Shown one piece after another: positions 61,318 to 64,000 of a stretch of 64,000 nucleotides of DNA. The translations under genes were made by a program, and so were the position numbers. The stretch spans positions 7,589-71,588 of the forward strand of contig JAPLVF010000011.1 of the NCBI GenBank assembly GCA_026397255.1. The letters run 5' to 3'. The stretch's first letter is position 1. Every line of letters begins with the position of its first letter. The DNA is from Candidatus Beckwithbacteria bacterium. GTDB lineage: Bacteria > Patescibacteriota > Microgenomatia > UBA1400 > CG1-02-47-37. The notes below the pieces were generated by a model. The model was not told the origin of the DNA, did no database searches, and saw nothing but the letters and a program-made list of their open reading frames with translations.

Positions 61318-63056
61318 AAATAATCGAACCGAAACAATCAGCGATGGCGTTAGAGATTACCAGAAAGCGTTATTTGATGACTGATCGGAAGGGTAGACCG
61401 ATTGAGACGACCGGAGAAATGTTGTGGCGGGTGGCCCAGCATATGGCCAAATTTGAGGAAGATAGAAAAATTGCAGAAGCATTTTATGAGCGAATGGTAG
61501 AGAAAAAATTTGTGTGTTCAGGCAAGGCGATGTTTGAGGCCGGCAACCCGGGCGGTACCGGCCAGCTGGCGGCCTGTTTTGTACTGCCGATTGAAGATTC
61601 AATTGACTCAATTTTTAAAACTTTGGGCGAGGCGGCGGTGATCCATAAAAATAACGGGGGAACAGGATTTAACTTTAGCAAAATACGGCCGCACGGCGAC
61701 AAGGTAAAAAATGTGCCGGGAGCGGCATCCGGGCCAGTGGATTTTATTAAAGCGTTTTCGGCGGCTTTATCCAAGATTTTACAGGGAGCAAAACGGCAGG
61801 GGGCCAATATTGCGATTTTGAATGCCGACCATCCGGATATTGAAGAGTTTATCAAAATGAAGATTGAAGACGGGACAATTAAAAATTTCAACGTCTCGGT
61901 GGGGGCGACGGACGGGTTTATGAAAGCGGTTCTCAATAAAAAGCCGTGGCGGTTAATTAACCCGCGGACGAAAGAAGCAGTAAAAACAATCAGGGCAGAT
62001 AAATTATTTGAGTTAATCTGTCAACTGACATGGCAGACGGCCGATCCGGGAATGGCATTTTTAGACAGGATGGAGAGGGATAATCCGACGCCGACTTTAG
62101 GGAAAATTGAAGCAACCAACCCTTGTGGGGAAATTCCGTTACTAGCCTATGAAAGCTGTAATTTGGGCTCGATTAATTTATCAGAACACCTCAAAAATGG
62201 GGTGGTAGACTGGACAGAACTAAAAAAAACCGTGCATTTAGGAGTGAGGTTTTTGGATAACATGATTGAAGTAAATTACTATCCTTTGGAGGCGGTGGAA
62301 CGAATGGTTAAGGATGGAAACAGAAGAATCGGTTTAGGGGTAATGGGGTTTAGCCATTTGCTGTATAAATTAGGTATTGCTTATAACAGTGAGGCGGCGG
62401 TAAAGTTGGCCGAGAAAGTGGCTAAATTTATCCGACAGGAAGCGGATAAAGCCACGGAACAATTAGGGAAAGAAAGGGGTAATTTTGGCAATTACGATGT
62501 ATCAATTTATGCCGGAAGTGGAAAAAATAGAAGAAATTGCGCCACGACCATGATTGCCCCGACGGGAACAATTTCGATGTTTGCCGATTGTTCCAGCGGA
62601 GTTGAGCCGGTGTTTGCTTTAACCACCACCAGGAAGACTTTTTTTGAAGACAGTCGGAAAAACAGTTCGACTAAAGAAATGACAATGGTCGATCCGGCGT
62701 ACCAGGAGTATAAAAATAAATATGACAAAAATGTGTTTGTGACAGCGCACGAAATCGGTTGGCAATGGCATGTTAAAGTGCAGGCGGCCTGGCAAAAGTA
62801 TTTTGATAATTCTGTTTCCAAGACAATTAATTTCCCCAAAACCGCGACCGTGGACGAAGTAAAAAAAGCATATTTAACGGCTTGGAAGTTGGGCTGTAAA
62901 GGGATTACGGTTTACCGCGACGGCAGTAAGGACGATCAGGTGTTGAATAAGAGCGTTCCGCCAGCTGGCGGATGTCCGGAATGCGGGGAAGAGTTAGAAA
63001 TTAAAGAAGGCTGTCAGACATGTAGAAACTGCGGTTTTAGTAAGTGTAGTTTATGA
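61314..63056 (+). CDS. nrdJ: class II ribonucleotide reductase NrdJ, paralog 2
   Basis: 'LAACFVLPIEDSIDSIF', 'NPCGEIPLLAYESCNLGSINLS', 'CPECGEELEIKEGCQTCRNCGFSKC'; ATGA overlap with paralog 1. Confidence 0.85.
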   Translation: MKIIEPKQSAMALEITRKRYLMTDRKGRPIETTGEMLWRVAQHMAKFEEDRKIAEAFYERMVEKKFVCSGKAMFEAGNPGGTGQLAACFVLPIEDSIDSIFKTLGEAAVIHKNNGGTGFNFSKIRPHGDKVKNVPGAASGPVDFIKAFSAALSKILQGAKRQGANIAILNADHPDIEEFIKMKIEDGTIKNFNVSVGATDGFMKAVLNKKPWRLINPRTKEAVKTIRADKLFELICQLTWQTADPGMAFLDRMERDNPTPTLGKIEATNPCGEIPLLAYESCNLGSINLSEHLKNGVVDWTELKKTVHLGVRFLDNMIEVNYYPLEAVERMVKDGNRRIGLGVMGFSHLLYKLGIAYNSEAAVKLAEKVAKFIRQEADKATEQLGKERGNFGNYDVSIYAGSGKNRRNCATTMIAPTGTISMFADCSSGVEPVFALTTTRKTFFEDSRKNSSTKEMTMVDPAYQEYKNKYDKNVFVTAHEIGWQWHVKVQAAWQKYFDNSVSKTINFPKTATVDEVKKAYLTAWKLGCKGITVYRDGSKDDQVLNKSVPPAGGCPECGEELEIKEGCQTCRNCGFSKCSL

Positions 63057-64000
63057 CAGATTTAACTAAAATTAAAAAACGAGATGGGCGGATAGTGGCA
63101 TTTGAAGAGGCTAAGATTATTTTGGCTATTATGAAGGCTTTGAGTGCGATTGGAGAAGTACAAGGGGAGATAAAACGAAGAAATGAGGCGGAGAGACTAA
63201 CTAAAATTGTGATTACGATTGTGAAAAAAGGGATAAACGGGGAGATTCCGACAGTGGAACAGGTACAGGACGTGGTAGAGCAAGTGTTAATGGCGGCCGG
63301 CCATTACGAAGTGGCCAAGGCCTATATTCTTTACAGGGAAAAACACCAAAAAGTCAGAAAAGTTAAAGAAATTTTGGGAGTGAAAGACGATGTGGGCTTA
63401 AGCACGAATCAACTAAAGGTTTTGGAAAACCGATTTTTACGGCATGATGAGTCCGGGAAGGTAACGGAGACTCCAGGGCAGCTGTTCAGGCGAGTGGCGA
63501 AGTTTGTTGCCTCCGCCGACGCTAAAGCTGTGGCGGACAAGTGGGAAGAGAAATTTTATGAGGTAATTTCAAAGATGGAGTTTGTGCCGGCAGGATGTTA
63601 TTTTAGGGGCGCGGGAACAAAGTCGGCGATGCTGGCGAATTGTTTTGTGCTGCCGATTGAAGACAACATGGAGGCGATTTTTGACAGTGTTAAATATTTA
63701 GCCTTGGTCCAGCAAGCGGGTGGGGGAACGGGTTTTAATTTTTCCAAATTGCGGCCCAAAGGCGATTATGTTAAAAGTTCCGGTGGCTTTGCTACCGGGC
63801 CAGTGTCTTTCATGAAAGTATTTGATGCGGCGACCGGGCAGGTAATGCAGGGCGGTTACCGGATGGGGGCGAATATGGGAATTTTGAATGTTGACCACCC
63901 GGACATTATGGAATTTATTACCTGTAAAACAGAAGAAGGAGAGATTAGTAATTTTAATATTTCGGTTGGGGCGACGGACGGGTTTATGAAAGCGGTCAAG
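63053..64000 (+). CDS. nrdJ: class II ribonucleotide reductase NrdJ, paralog 3 (3' end outside the window)
   Basis: 'MANCFVLPIEDNMEAIF', 'DHPDIMEFI', 'ISNFNISVGATDGFMKAV'; ATGA overlap with paralog 2; open to the window end. Confidence 0.8.
   Translation, partial: MTDLTKIKKRDGRIVAFEEAKIILAIMKALSAIGEVQGEIKRRNEAERLTKIVITIVKKGINGEIPTVEQVQDVVEQVLMAAGHYEVAKAYILYREKHQKVRKVKEILGVKDDVGLSTNQLKVLENRFLRHDESGKVTETPGQLFRRVAKFVASADAKAVADKWEEKFYEVISKMEFVPAGCYFRGAGTKSAMLANCFVLPIEDNMEAIFDSVKYLALVQQAGGGTGFNFSKLRPKGDYVKSSGGFATGPVSFMKVFDAATGQVMQGGYRMGANMGILNVDHPDIMEFITCKTEEGEISNFNISVGATDGFMKAVK

Overview
This 64-kb window looks like it comes from a small, streamlined bacterial genome with about 40-45% GC. Genes are compact, many overlap by 4 bp (ATGA), and there are several tiny membrane-protein genes and many orphan proteins. 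That is reminiscent of Patescibacteria/CPR, but this is inference only. The backbone carries conserved operons: dnaG-rpoD; a central-carbon cluster (LacD-like aldolase, pgk, rpiB, gap, rpe-like, PfkB kinase); an Rrf2-sufCBSU operon; a pncA-like/pncB/nadE NAD salvage cluster; a three-gene AmmeMemoRadiSam cluster; two tandem class A PBPs; and nrdR followed by three tandem, translationally coupled class II (B12-dependent) ribonucleotide reductase paralogs. The most notable region is a markedly AT-rich (~30-35% GC) segment beginning at a tRNA-Asn(GTT) gene at 3639-3711, whose 3' end is overlapped by a large serine recombinase gene. This putative integrative island carries an excisionase-like HTH gene; a 1531-aa protein with DUF4011-like N-terminus, SF1 helicase, DUF559/Vsr-like nuclease and topoisomerase-type zinc ribbons (Hhe-like architecture); a co-transcribed DUF2130-like coiled-coil protein with a PD-(D/E)xK-like motif; an orphan gene; and a free-standing Hint+LAGLIDADG homing endonuclease at its far edge. 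A GC-rich eukaryotic-type class I fructose-bisphosphate aldolase gene sits immediately beyond the island. Other points: a minimal [FeFe]-hydrogenase H-domain-like protein coupled to a membrane protein; a DUF4430 (transcobalamin-like) protein coupled to an ECF-S-like membrane protein close to the B12-dependent RNRs; a conserved ~31-nt motif repeated inside the suf operon; and an in-frame 81-bp tandem duplication at the 5' end of a PBP gene. No CRISPR array or rRNA was found. All calls are from reading the sequence and ORF translations by eye; no database search was possible.
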